Part shown: positions 40,405 to 48,641 of the stretch, piece after piece
Layout of the letters: every line of letters starts with the position of its first letter
Position numbering within the stretch: the first letter of the stretch is position 1
Assembly: GCA_022844125.1 (NCBI GenBank)
Contig: JALHMI010000002.1
Coordinates: 193,236-257,235 of the forward strand
Length of the DNA: 64,000 nt
Source of the DNA: Pirellulales bacterium
GTDB lineage: Bacteria > Planctomycetota > Planctomycetia > Pirellulales > PALSA-1355
Reading direction: 5' to 3'
The notes under the pieces: generated by a model
Databases searched by the model: none
What the model saw: the letters and a program-made list of their open reading frames with translations, nothing else
Told to the model about the DNA's origin: nothing
Made by a program: the position numbers and the translations under genes

Positions 40405-40423
40405 ACTGAGACTAAGTCTCAGT
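40405..40423. promoter_or_regulatory. Perfect 19 bp palindrome ACTGAGACT-A-AGTCTCAGT in the spacer between the two PEP-CTERM genes; candidate operator or RNA hairpin
   Basis: Read directly. 9+1+9 dyad symmetry, in an ORF-poor stretch that looks lower in GC. Confidence 0.4.
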
Positions 40424-40605
40424 TACAACTAAAAATACCCGCTGCCACGGGATGTGCAACCCTCGGGTCCGAGACTTTTTCGGGCATGATCGCCGCTGAC
40501 ATCATGCAGTTTGTGGCACCGGTGGGGTGGAGCAGAGCCAATTTCTCAGGAGCTCCAAATACCCCACCTATGGCTAGTTTTCGGCAACTTTTTTTCTGGT
40601 CGCGC

Positions 40606-40648
40606 TTGACGCGGGAATCAGGGCCACTATATTGAGACGCGTTCTCAA
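40606..40648 (+). promoter_or_regulatory. Sigma70-like promoter (TTGACG-16 nt-TATATT) followed immediately by the dyad TTGAGA-N5-TCTCAA
   Basis: -35 at 40606..40611 and -10 at 40628..40633, preceded by a T-run (40589..40595). The dyad at 40632..40648 overlaps the -10 and the expected TSS. Orientation would give a ~265 nt leader for the gene starting at 40907. Confidence 0.45.
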
Positions 40649-40906
40649 CAGGAGCCAGCTAGCCAGCTACCTCAACGCCAGCCCGCCAAAACCTTCCGCC
40701 GCAAATGCGCTCCTGCGGCCATCCGGTTCCACTGTCCCGTGATGCTCGGCCATCGCATCCGCGCTCGTTTTGTGCGCGCGATCGTCGACGGAGGAGATTC
40801 TCTTGGCGTGCCTTTGACATGACTGAATTGCGAGCAGTCGATGGTATCGACCTGCCCCGCTCTCACCAAAACATCCGCAGTACGTACACCATAGAGGTTT
40901 AACTAG

Positions 40907-41704
40907 ATGATCCGTTCAGTTCTTCGAAAGACCCTCGGCAGCCTGGCACTCACCGTGCTGCTGGCCTCGACCGCTCAGGTCAGCCTGGGCGCCATGGCTC
41001 TGATTGACCCCGCGCTTCCCGGCACGAAGCAGACCGACTTTTGGTCGACGAATCGGTTGAGCACGGTGGAGAGCCCCGGCTACGGCTCGTTCCCCGGTTT
41101 CGGTGCTTGGCCCGGCGCAATTGCCTCGAGCACCACGAACGTCGGTTCCGACGGCGACGCCGGTTTGGTAAAGGTCGCTAACGGCGCCGGCGGTGGCCCC
41201 TTCGTCTCCGGTGCTTCGATCTATCACGGCGGCACGAGCGCCACCCCCAACGTCCTCGGCGGTACGCTGGGCGTTCAGGATGCCACGCCCGTCGCCGGCG
41301 TCTCGAATGTCGTGTTTCAACTCCAGATTGGCGAGGCCAATGGACACGACCTGTTCAACGGCACACTGCCGGTGCTGAACTACAACGGTGGTTCGCAGGC
41401 CCTGGCCGCATCGTACTCCGACCTGATCGGTCACGAGTTCGCCGGCACGTTTCCCGATCCGCTCGGCGGACCGGACCTGCCCCTGTTCACCAACACGTAC
41501 CTGCTGCAGTGGGACGTGACGGGGTTGGGCGCCACCTCTCTGAATGTCACATTCCAGGGGGTGCAGCACAGCCAGGTTTATCAATTGCGTCTCGACCAAT
41601 CGGACGTGTTCCAGGTCATCCCCGAGCCGAGCAGCGTAACGCTGGCGGGCCTGGCGATGCTGGGCGCGATCGGCATGATCTGGAAGAAGCGCCGCCGCCG
41701 CTAA
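40907..41704 (+). CDS. PEP-CTERM sorting-domain secreted protein (265 aa)
   Basis: Signal peptide (…STAQVSLGA), a Gly-rich body, and C-terminal IPEPSSVTLAGLAMLGAIGMIWKKRRRR. AGAGG lies 9 nt upstream of the ATG. Confidence 0.85.
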   Translation: MIRSVLRKTLGSLALTVLLASTAQVSLGAMALIDPALPGTKQTDFWSTNRLSTVESPGYGSFPGFGAWPGAIASSTTNVGSDGDAGLVKVANGAGGGPFVSGASIYHGGTSATPNVLGGTLGVQDATPVAGVSNVVFQLQIGEANGHDLFNGTLPVLNYNGGSQALAASYSDLIGHEFAGTFPDPLGGPDLPLFTNTYLLQWDVTGLGATSLNVTFQGVQHSQVYQLRLDQSDVFQVIPEPSSVTLAGLAMLGAIGMIWKKRRRR

Positions 41705-41851
41705 GGTTTCGGCCCAAGAAGTTTGCTAAGCATTTGTTGTTCGCACGCCACGGCGATGCCGAATGAAGTGGCCGGTCGAGACGCGATTCCATCCGCGCTC
41801 GACCGGTCGCATTTCGGCTTTTCGGAAAGCCTAGCTAGCCAAAGTTTGATT

Positions 41852-42811
41852 ATGGATATCCTGGCCCCACCGCGGATCGTGTGCCGCCGGCGCACCGGCC
41901 GGCAAGCGTTCACGCTTGTCGAGCTGCTGGTCGTAATTGCGATCATCGGGCTGCTCGTGGCCCTGCTGCTGCCCGCCGTCCAGGCCGCCCGCGAAGCAGC
42001 CCGCCGCACGCAGTGTGCGAGCAACCTGCGGCAATTGGCCGTGGCGATGCAGATGTATCAGGACGCCAACAAGATCCTGCCGCCGGCAAGCGTACGCAGG
42101 ACGGTGGGAAGCGATCGGACGAGATTTTCCAGTGCTTTCGTCTGCGTACTCCCCTACCATGAAGAAGAAGCCGCATTCGAAGCTTGGAATTTCCGCGCGT
42201 CGGCAGACCTCGGAACAAACACGGCGATCGTGAAACGGCCGCTCGCGATTCATCGCTGCCCGACGATGACCAATCTGGAAGTCTTCGGCGATGTCAGTTC
42301 GGGAGGTTATTGCGAGAATCATGCGCTGCCCAGTAGTTATGCGCTTTCGACGGGCACCTACTACCACGGACGGGTTGAGTACTACGGCTCCTCGCCAGCA
42401 GACTTGCCGCGCAATAAGCTGGTTCACAATGGCGCGTTCGTCCAACACGGCCCGGGCTACTACTCCGTAGGCTTGGACGACATCGCGACGGCGGATGGGA
42501 CTTCGAACACCATTCTGCTTGGCGAAATGGCAATGAAGATTCTGAATTATGATCAGGATCCCTGCTACAAGGGCGGCAACACGCAGTGGGCGATCGCGTA
42601 TCCATCGCAAGCGTTGGCCTCAACTGCCGGGGTCTTTAATACAGACTACAACGCGGGCCAGGACTTGGAAGCATTTCGAAGCGACCACGAGAACGGCGTC
42701 TATCTCGCGTTTTGTGACGGCAGCGTGCGTTTCATTGATGAAATGATCGACGCCCGGACTCTGAATGCGCTCGCCACCCGCGACGGCGAAGAGAACGTGG
42801 AGGGCTTTTGA
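41852..42811 (+). CDS. DUF1559 (H-X9-DG) protein with a type IV pilin-like N-terminal cleavage/methylation segment
   Basis: GRQAFTLVELLVVIAIIGLLVALLLPAVQAAREAARRTQCASNLRQL is the prepilin-type N-terminus. C-terminal HENGVYLAFCDG is H-X9-DG (42686..42721). Start set at ATG 41852. Confidence 0.85.
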   Translation: MDILAPPRIVCRRRTGRQAFTLVELLVVIAIIGLLVALLLPAVQAAREAARRTQCASNLRQLAVAMQMYQDANKILPPASVRRTVGSDRTRFSSAFVCVLPYHEEEAAFEAWNFRASADLGTNTAIVKRPLAIHRCPTMTNLEVFGDVSSGGYCENHALPSSYALSTGTYYHGRVEYYGSSPADLPRNKLVHNGAFVQHGPGYYSVGLDDIATADGTSNTILLGEMAMKILNYDQDPCYKGGNTQWAIAYPSQALASTAGVFNTDYNAGQDLEAFRSDHENGVYLAFCDGSVRFIDEMIDARTLNALATRDGEENVEGF

Positions 42812-43245
42812 TGGTCGGCCGTCGCTTCGGCCGCTCAGCCGCGCCGCTCGCCCTGTTGCTTCTCTCTGTCATTAGTGGGTGTGATCAAGGCCCGAAGAGA
42901 AACTACATCTACGGACGCGTGACGCTCGACGGACAGCCGCTCGATTTCGGCTCGATCACGTTCGTACCCGATCCAACAGGTCCTAAGGCCAGCGGGATCA
43001 TCGAGCAAGGTCACTACCAGATTGAGGCAGTCCGGGGACCGCTGACGGGAGGAAAGTTGGTCGAGATTCGTGCTCCCCGATATCCAGCGGATGAACCCAT
43101 GCCGGCGACGAAAGCCGATAAAATGCGTCAGCTAGCGGTCGCCCCTGAAGCACTTCCGCAGCGCTACAACGCCAAGACAGAGCTCCGCGCCACTGTCACT
43201 GAAGACGGACCCAACGAGTTCAATTTCGAACTGCAGAGTGAGTGA
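42811..43245 (+). CDS. Small lipoprotein with a carboxypeptidase-regulatory-like fold, the usual DUF1559 partner
   Basis: Lipobox LLSVISGC, then IYGRVTLDGQPLDFGSITFVPD. GGAGGG lies 6 nt upstream. The ATG overlaps the DUF1559 stop (TGATG). Confidence 0.7.
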   Translation: MVGRRFGRSAAPLALLLLSVISGCDQGPKRNYIYGRVTLDGQPLDFGSITFVPDPTGPKASGIIEQGHYQIEAVRGPLTGGKLVEIRAPRYPADEPMPATKADKMRQLAVAPEALPQRYNAKTELRATVTEDGPNEFNFELQSE

Positions 43246-43299
43246 CGCCGGAAGTGCTCTCGCGAGACTATGCGAGACGCGGGGAGCCGCCAAGCGCGA

Positions 43300-44571
43300 C
43301 TACACCTCGACCAGCATCCGCATCGGCTCTTCCATCACTTCCTTGATCCGCTTCAGGAAGGTGACCGCGCCTTGGCCGTCGACGATCCGGTGATCGTAGG
43401 TGAGCGCCAGGTACATCATCGGCCGGATCACGACCTGTCCCTCGCGGGCGACGGGCCGCTCCTGGATCGTGTGCAGCCCCAGGATCCCGCTCTGCGGCGG
43501 ATTGACGATCGGCGTCGAGAGCAGCGAGCCGTACACGCCGCCGTTCGAAATGGTGAACGTGCCCCCTTGCAGCTCTTCGAGCTGAAGGGCGTTCTTGCGG
43601 GCCCGGGTCGCCAGGTCGGCAATCGTCAGCTCAATGTCGGCAAAGCTCAGCCGGTCGGCGTCACGCAAGACGGGCACAACCAGCCCCTTACCGCCGCCCA
43701 CAGCAATGCCGATGTCGAAGTAGTTGTGATAGACGATGTTCGTGTCTTGAATCTCGGCATTCACGGCCGGCACAAGCTTCAGGGCGTCAATCGTGGCTTT
43801 AACGAAGAACGACATGAAGCCGAGCTTGATGCCGTACTTCTCTTCGAACGTGCCCTTGTGCTCGCTCCGCAAGGCCATCACGGCCGACATGTCGACTTCG
43901 TTAAACGTGGTCAGCAGAGCCGCGTTGTGCTGAGCCTCGACCAGACGCTGGGCGATCCGCTTGCGGATCGGAGTCATCGGCACGACTTCTTCCTCGCGGC
44001 CATCGCGCGAGACGGTTCCGCGGGCCACCCCGCCGCGACTGGCTTCCCCCTTGCGAACAATCGGGCGCGGAGATTCGTTGCTGACGACGAGGGTTTGATC
44101 GTCGCCGCTCGTCTCGGTCTTCACCGGCGCAAGCTTAGATTCAGGCTCGGCGGGCTTCGCGCCGCGCGGTTCGATCACCCGGGGCTCGGGCGTGCGGCCC
44201 GGAGCGGGGGGCTTCACGTCCTGGCGTTTGATGGATTCGGCGGCCTGAGCCTTAACCTTGGCGGCCAGTTCGTCTTCCTGCTTGGAACTATCGCCCGCTG
44301 GGGCTGCAACGTCTTCGGTCTTGGCGCCCGCCTCGGCCGGTTCGACGAAGCCAATCACTTCTCCCACCTCGGCCGTTTCGCCGCTCTTTTTAAGCACCTT
44401 GCTGATTTTGCCCGAAACGGGGGCAACGATTTCGACCGTGGCCTTGTCGGTTTCGATCTCGACCAGGTTTTCGTCCTTCTTGACGGTTTCGCCTTCGCCC
44501 TTCAGCCACTGGCCAATCTGGACTTCGGTGATCGACTCGCCCACGGTGGGCACTTTTAGTTCAACGGCCAT
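43300..44571 (-). CDS. sucB: Dihydrolipoyllysine-residue succinyltransferase (E2 of 2-oxoglutarate dehydrogenase)
   Basis: Lipoyl domain [48 protein letters not shown], an Ala/Pro-rich linker, and a catalytic domain ending [22 protein letters not shown]. Confidence 0.9.
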   Translation of the reverse strand: MAVELKVPTVGESITEVQIGQWLKGEGETVKKDENLVEIETDKATVEIVAPVSGKISKVLKKSGETAEVGEVIGFVEPAEAGAKTEDVAAPAGDSSKQEDELAAKVKAQAAESIKRQDVKPPAPGRTPEPRVIEPRGAKPAEPESKLAPVKTETSGDDQTLVVSNESPRPIVRKGEASRGGVARGTVSRDGREEEVVPMTPIRKRIAQRLVEAQHNAALLTTFNEVDMSAVMALRSEHKGTFEEKYGIKLGFMSFFVKATIDALKLVPAVNAEIQDTNIVYHNYFDIGIAVGGGKGLVVPVLRDADRLSFADIELTIADLATRARKNALQLEELQGGTFTISNGGVYGSLLSTPIVNPPQSGILGLHTIQERPVAREGQVVIRPMMYLALTYDHRIVDGQGAVTFLKRIKEVMEEPMRMLVEV

Positions 44572-44662
44572 AGCTTTGGCGACTTTCCCTGATGCACGAT
44601 TTTCCACTGCAAATGCCGCGTCACGCGAGGGCCCTTCGCCACGCGATACCGGCAAACTGCCA

Positions 44663-47521
44663 TTAGATGCAACCGAACGCCTGCATCAAGAGCTCTTTTT
44701 GCTCCATCCGGTGGGCACTAGCCGAGCCCGTCGCGGGACTCGGTGAGCCGCGACGGTAAATGCCCGAGAAAGGCAGCCGGTCGAACAACTCGCCGCCGAA
44801 GCGGGCCAAGAGAAATCGCCAGGCGCCCATATTCTCAGGCTCTTCCTGGACGAAGTAGACCGGGGTGCCATCTTTGTAAGGGGACAGGGCCGCCTTGAGT
44901 TGCTCAAAAGGCAGCGGATAGAGCTGCTCGAGTCGCAGGATGGCGACGTCTTGCCGCTTGAGATCCTCACGCTCCTTGGCCAGCTCGTAGTAGATCTTGC
45001 CCGAGCAGAGCAGCACACCCTCGACGTTCTTCCGCTCTGGGTTGTCGTCTTGGATCACCTTCTGCCAGTGCCCCGTGGCACACTCTTCCAGCGAAGAGAC
45101 CGCTTGCGGATGCCGCAACAGGCTCTTAGGCGTCATTACCACCAGCGGCTTGCGGATCGGGCGAATGATCTGCCGCCGCAAGACGTGGAAATATTGAGCT
45201 GGCGTCGTGGGGTTCACGATCTGAATGTTGCACTCAGCCGCCAGCGCAAGAAAGCGTTCGAGCCGGGCCGAGGAATGCTCGGGGCCCATGCCTTCAAAAC
45301 CGTGCGGCAGGAGCATGGTGAGCCCGCTTAGTCGCTTCCACTTTGTTTCTGCGCTGGCGATGAACTGGTCGATGATTACCTGGGCGGCGTTCACAAAGTC
45401 GCCGAACTGAGCCTCCCACATCACCAAGCCGTTCGGGCAGTCCAGGCTATAGCCATATTCGAAGCCCAACACGCCGGCCTCCGAGAGTGGGCTGTTGATA
45501 ATCTCGACCGGTGCCTGACCGTGACTCAAGTGCTGCAGCGGCGTGTAGCGGTGCCCATCTTCAACGTCATGCAACACGGCGTGCCGCTGGCTGAACGTGC
45601 CGCGAGTGCTGTCCTGACCGCTGAGGCGGATCCGCGTGCCGTCGACCGCCAGGCTGGCAAACGCCAAGGCTTCGCCGGCAGACCAATCGAGCGGCTTCTC
45701 GCCGCGCGCCATCTCGCGGCGGGCTTCGAGCAACCGCTCGATCTTGGGGTGCGGCTTGAAGTCGGCCGGAACGTGGGTTTGTGACAAGAGTAACTCGGAC
45801 AGCTGCTGCCTGTCGTAGCTGGTCTCGACTTCGGGCACATCTTGATCGCGACCGCCGACGTAACCCTTCCAGACGCCGGGATGCGTTTGGGGCTTGGCGA
45901 CCCACTCATCGCTCTTGGCGACCGAAAGTTCTTCGTCCAGCAGCCGAGTCTGTTCTTCGGCGATCCGATCGCCTTCCTCCTGCGTGATCTCGCCAAGCCT
46001 CAGCAGCCGCTCGAGATAGCTGTCGCGGACGCCGGCGCGCTTGTCAATCGCCCGATACAGCACCGGATGCGTGAACGAAGGTTCATCGCTTTCGTTGTGA
46101 CCGCGGCGACGGTAACAGTACATGTCGACCACGACATCGCGCTGGAACTGATGGCGGAAGTCCATCGCCAGGCGAACCACGGCAGCCACGGCTTCGGGAT
46201 CTTCGCCGTTGACGTGGAAAATCGGAATCTGCAGCATCTTCGCCACGTCAGTGGCGTAAGTGCTCGAACGACCTTCCGACGGCGACGTGACGAAGCCAAT
46301 CTGGTTGTTGACCACGATGTGCAGCGTGCCGCCGGTTTTGTAGCCAGAAAGCTCGCTGAGATTGAACGTTTCCTGGGTAATACCTTCGCCGGCGAAGGCC
46401 GCATCGCCATGGATCAATACGGTGAGCGTGTGGCTGCGCTTGGTGTCGCCCAAACGGTCTTGTTTGGCCCGCGTGCGGCCGATGGCCACCGGCGAAACGA
46501 ACTCCAAGTGGCTGGGGTTGAAGCACAGCGAGAGGTGCACCTTGTGCCGGGCAGCGGTCACCCAATCGTTGCTGTAGCCCAGGTGATACTTCACGTCGCC
46601 CCGGCCCAAATGCAGCTTCGGATCGAGATCGGCGAACTCGCGGAAAATGTCCTGCGGGCTCTTGCCCATGATGTTGGCCAGCACGTTCAGGCGGCCGCGG
46701 TGGGCCATGCCGAACGTAATTTCGCGGATGCCCTGGTCGCCGGACTTTTCGATCGCCAGGTCCAGCAGTGGAATCAGGCTCTCGGCCCCTTCCAGCGAGA
46801 AGCTCTTGGCCCCGGTGAACCGCTTCTGGATGAACTGCTCGAAAATCGTGGCGTCGGTGAGCCGGGTCAGAATCCGCAGTTGTTCCTGCTTCGAAAGCGA
46901 GATGCGGTTCTCATTCTCTTCCATCCGGTCCTGCAGCCACTGCCGGACGCTCAGATCGTCCATGTGCATGAACTGCACGCCGATCGACCGGCAATAAGTA
47001 TTGCGCAGCCGATCGAGGATCGTGCGCAACGTAAGCACGTCCGGCCCGCGAATCGTGTCCGTCGAGAACGGCCGATCCATGTCGGCTTCGCTGAAGCCGT
47101 AGTACTCTGGATCGAGTTCGGGAAGATGGGGACGCGGCATCCCCAACGGATCGATGTTCGCCACCATGTGGCCGCGCACGCGATAAGCACGAATCAGCTG
47201 GTCAACGCGGTCTTGCAACAGCGAGGCTTCAAGCTCGCGCGCGGCGGAGCTGGCGCCATCCGCGCGCGAACCGCCCGGATTAAAAATGCTCCGTGGCCGA
47301 AACGATGGCCCGAGCGGCGCAGGGTTGGCCGGCTTGTGTCCGTTTCCATTGGTGAGCGTCTTGAAGTACCGCCGCCAATCGGCTGAGACGCTGGCCGGAT
47401 CCTCTTGATAGGCCGCGTACATGTCTTCGATGAAGCCCAGGCTCAGGCTATTCGGACCGGAGTCGCCGTTCTCATGCTTCAATGGCTTGAGCATCGCCAA
47501 TTCACCAGTGCGTCGATTCAT
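44663..47521 (-). CDS. sucA: 2-oxoglutarate dehydrogenase E1 component
   Basis: 952 aa. N-terminal [24 protein letters not shown], a ThDP-binding region ([10 protein letters not shown]...), and C-terminal [22 protein letters not shown]. The start could also be the ATG at 47494. Confidence 0.9.
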   Translation of the reverse strand: MNRRTGELAMLKPLKHENGDSGPNSLSLGFIEDMYAAYQEDPASVSADWRRYFKTLTNGNGHKPANPAPLGPSFRPRSIFNPGGSRADGASSAARELEASLLQDRVDQLIRAYRVRGHMVANIDPLGMPRPHLPELDPEYYGFSEADMDRPFSTDTIRGPDVLTLRTILDRLRNTYCRSIGVQFMHMDDLSVRQWLQDRMEENENRISLSKQEQLRILTRLTDATIFEQFIQKRFTGAKSFSLEGAESLIPLLDLAIEKSGDQGIREITFGMAHRGRLNVLANIMGKSPQDIFREFADLDPKLHLGRGDVKYHLGYSNDWVTAARHKVHLSLCFNPSHLEFVSPVAIGRTRAKQDRLGDTKRSHTLTVLIHGDAAFAGEGITQETFNLSELSGYKTGGTLHIVVNNQIGFVTSPSEGRSSTYATDVAKMLQIPIFHVNGEDPEAVAAVVRLAMDFRHQFQRDVVVDMYCYRRRGHNESDEPSFTHPVLYRAIDKRAGVRDSYLERLLRLGEITQEEGDRIAEEQTRLLDEELSVAKSDEWVAKPQTHPGVWKGYVGGRDQDVPEVETSYDRQQLSELLLSQTHVPADFKPHPKIERLLEARREMARGEKPLDWSAGEALAFASLAVDGTRIRLSGQDSTRGTFSQRHAVLHDVEDGHRYTPLQHLSHGQAPVEIINSPLSEAGVLGFEYGYSLDCPNGLVMWEAQFGDFVNAAQVIIDQFIASAETKWKRLSGLTMLLPHGFEGMGPEHSSARLERFLALAAECNIQIVNPTTPAQYFHVLRRQIIRPIRKPLVVMTPKSLLRHPQAVSSLEECATGHWQKVIQDDNPERKNVEGVLLCSGKIYYELAKEREDLKRQDVAILRLEQLYPLPFEQLKAALSPYKDGTPVYFVQEEPENMGAWRFLLARFGGELFDRLPFSGIYRRGSPSPATGSASAHRMEQKELLMQAFGCI

Positions 47522-48103
47522 CGCTTCTCAATTGTAGATTGTCGAACTAAGGTACTCTCACGTCGGCCGAGAGCCCCTGCGTGCTGTTTTGTTCGCGGGA
47601 ATTCTAACGAGGCCAATTGCGGCAGCCAGAGGGTAATCGCAATCGCCGCAGAAGGGACTAAGGCGGGAAGGTAACGGAATGGCCAATTCTTTCCAAATTC
47701 AGTTTTTGTCCATTGAATAGTTGCGAGCAGAGCGGGGCGAACGTGAAAGAGCCCTAGCATGCAGCCGCACCCGCTGCCCCACAAACCCCCGACGCCCGCG
47801 TTGCAGCCCCAAATACCGGTGTAATTCAGGGTTAAGTCCGTATGCTAGGTCGGTAGCGAGTAAAGTGTCAAGACGGTCTGCAGGTGGCTGCGGCAACCGG
47901 CAATTTCGAGTCTGCAACCCTTCGGCTTCCCGTGGTCGCGGCCGAACGCCGCACGCCAAAAAAACGCCCTTTGGGGGTCATTTTCGCCGCAATGCGTTTG
48001 GCATATGATGGTGGGGTATCCTTTCCACGGGCAGCGGCCGGTTGCCCGCTTAGTGATTCCCGCTTTTCCTCGGCCGGCGCCACCAAACCGCTGGCAATTC
48101 CTC

Positions 48104-48565
48104 ATGAACGTCAGCTTTTGCTGTCCGCACTGCGACCAGGGTGTCCGCCTGCACTTTTCCGCCACGGACACGGAGTTAGGCTGTCCACATTGTGGTCACG
48201 CCATTGCCATCCCTGCGGGCTCCATCGCAGGCGAACGGGTCAACCGCTGCGTCGTATGTCCCAGCACCGATCTGTTCCTGCGGAAGGACTTTCCGCAGCG
48301 GCTCGGCGTGGGCATCGTCACGGTTGGCATCGTGGGGAGTTGCATTACCTGGGCGATGTCCGAGATCACGCTGACGTTTGCCATTCTGTTCGCCACGGCC
48401 CTGATCGATGTGGTTCTGTACCTGATCGTGCCAGACGCTCTGATGTGCTACCGCTGCGGCGCCATGTATCGACAGAGTGAGGGAACGGGACATGAACCCT
48501 TCAACCTGGAAACTCACGAGCGCTATCGTCAACAAGCTGCGCGCATGGCGGGGCCTGCGCGGTAG
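48104..48565 (+). CDS. Hypothetical double zinc-ribbon membrane protein (153 aa)
   Basis: CPHC-x19-CPHC, then CVVC ... two hydrophobic helices ... CYRC. No family recognised. Start set at ATG 48104. Confidence 0.55.
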   Translation: MNVSFCCPHCDQGVRLHFSATDTELGCPHCGHAIAIPAGSIAGERVNRCVVCPSTDLFLRKDFPQRLGVGIVTVGIVGSCITWAMSEITLTFAILFATALIDVVLYLIVPDALMCYRCGAMYRQSEGTGHEPFNLETHERYRQQAARMAGPAR

Positions 48566-48641
48566 TACCCCATCCCCGAGGTCGGCCTGCACTGTCGCCG
48601 CCGGCTGAGCACCCGCCAAACTAGGTGCGGCTCCCTGCCCT

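Noticed and set aside
40705-40902. Small ORFs in the PEP-CTERM spacer (40083..40289 +, 40188..40406 -, 40672..40869 -, 40705..40902 +) as possible leader peptides or small proteins.
   Set aside because: They are mutually overlapping and Arg/Ser/Pro-rich, with no ribosome-binding sites or recognisable features. The region is better treated as regulatory or non-coding until expression data say otherwise.
48566-48641. Possible Moco riboswitch upstream of the oxidase-moaDEA cluster.
   Set aside because: The spacer is only 76 nt, far shorter than the Moco RNA motif, and I could not find its conserved elements. The same holds for the short gaps before moaD, moaE and moaA.
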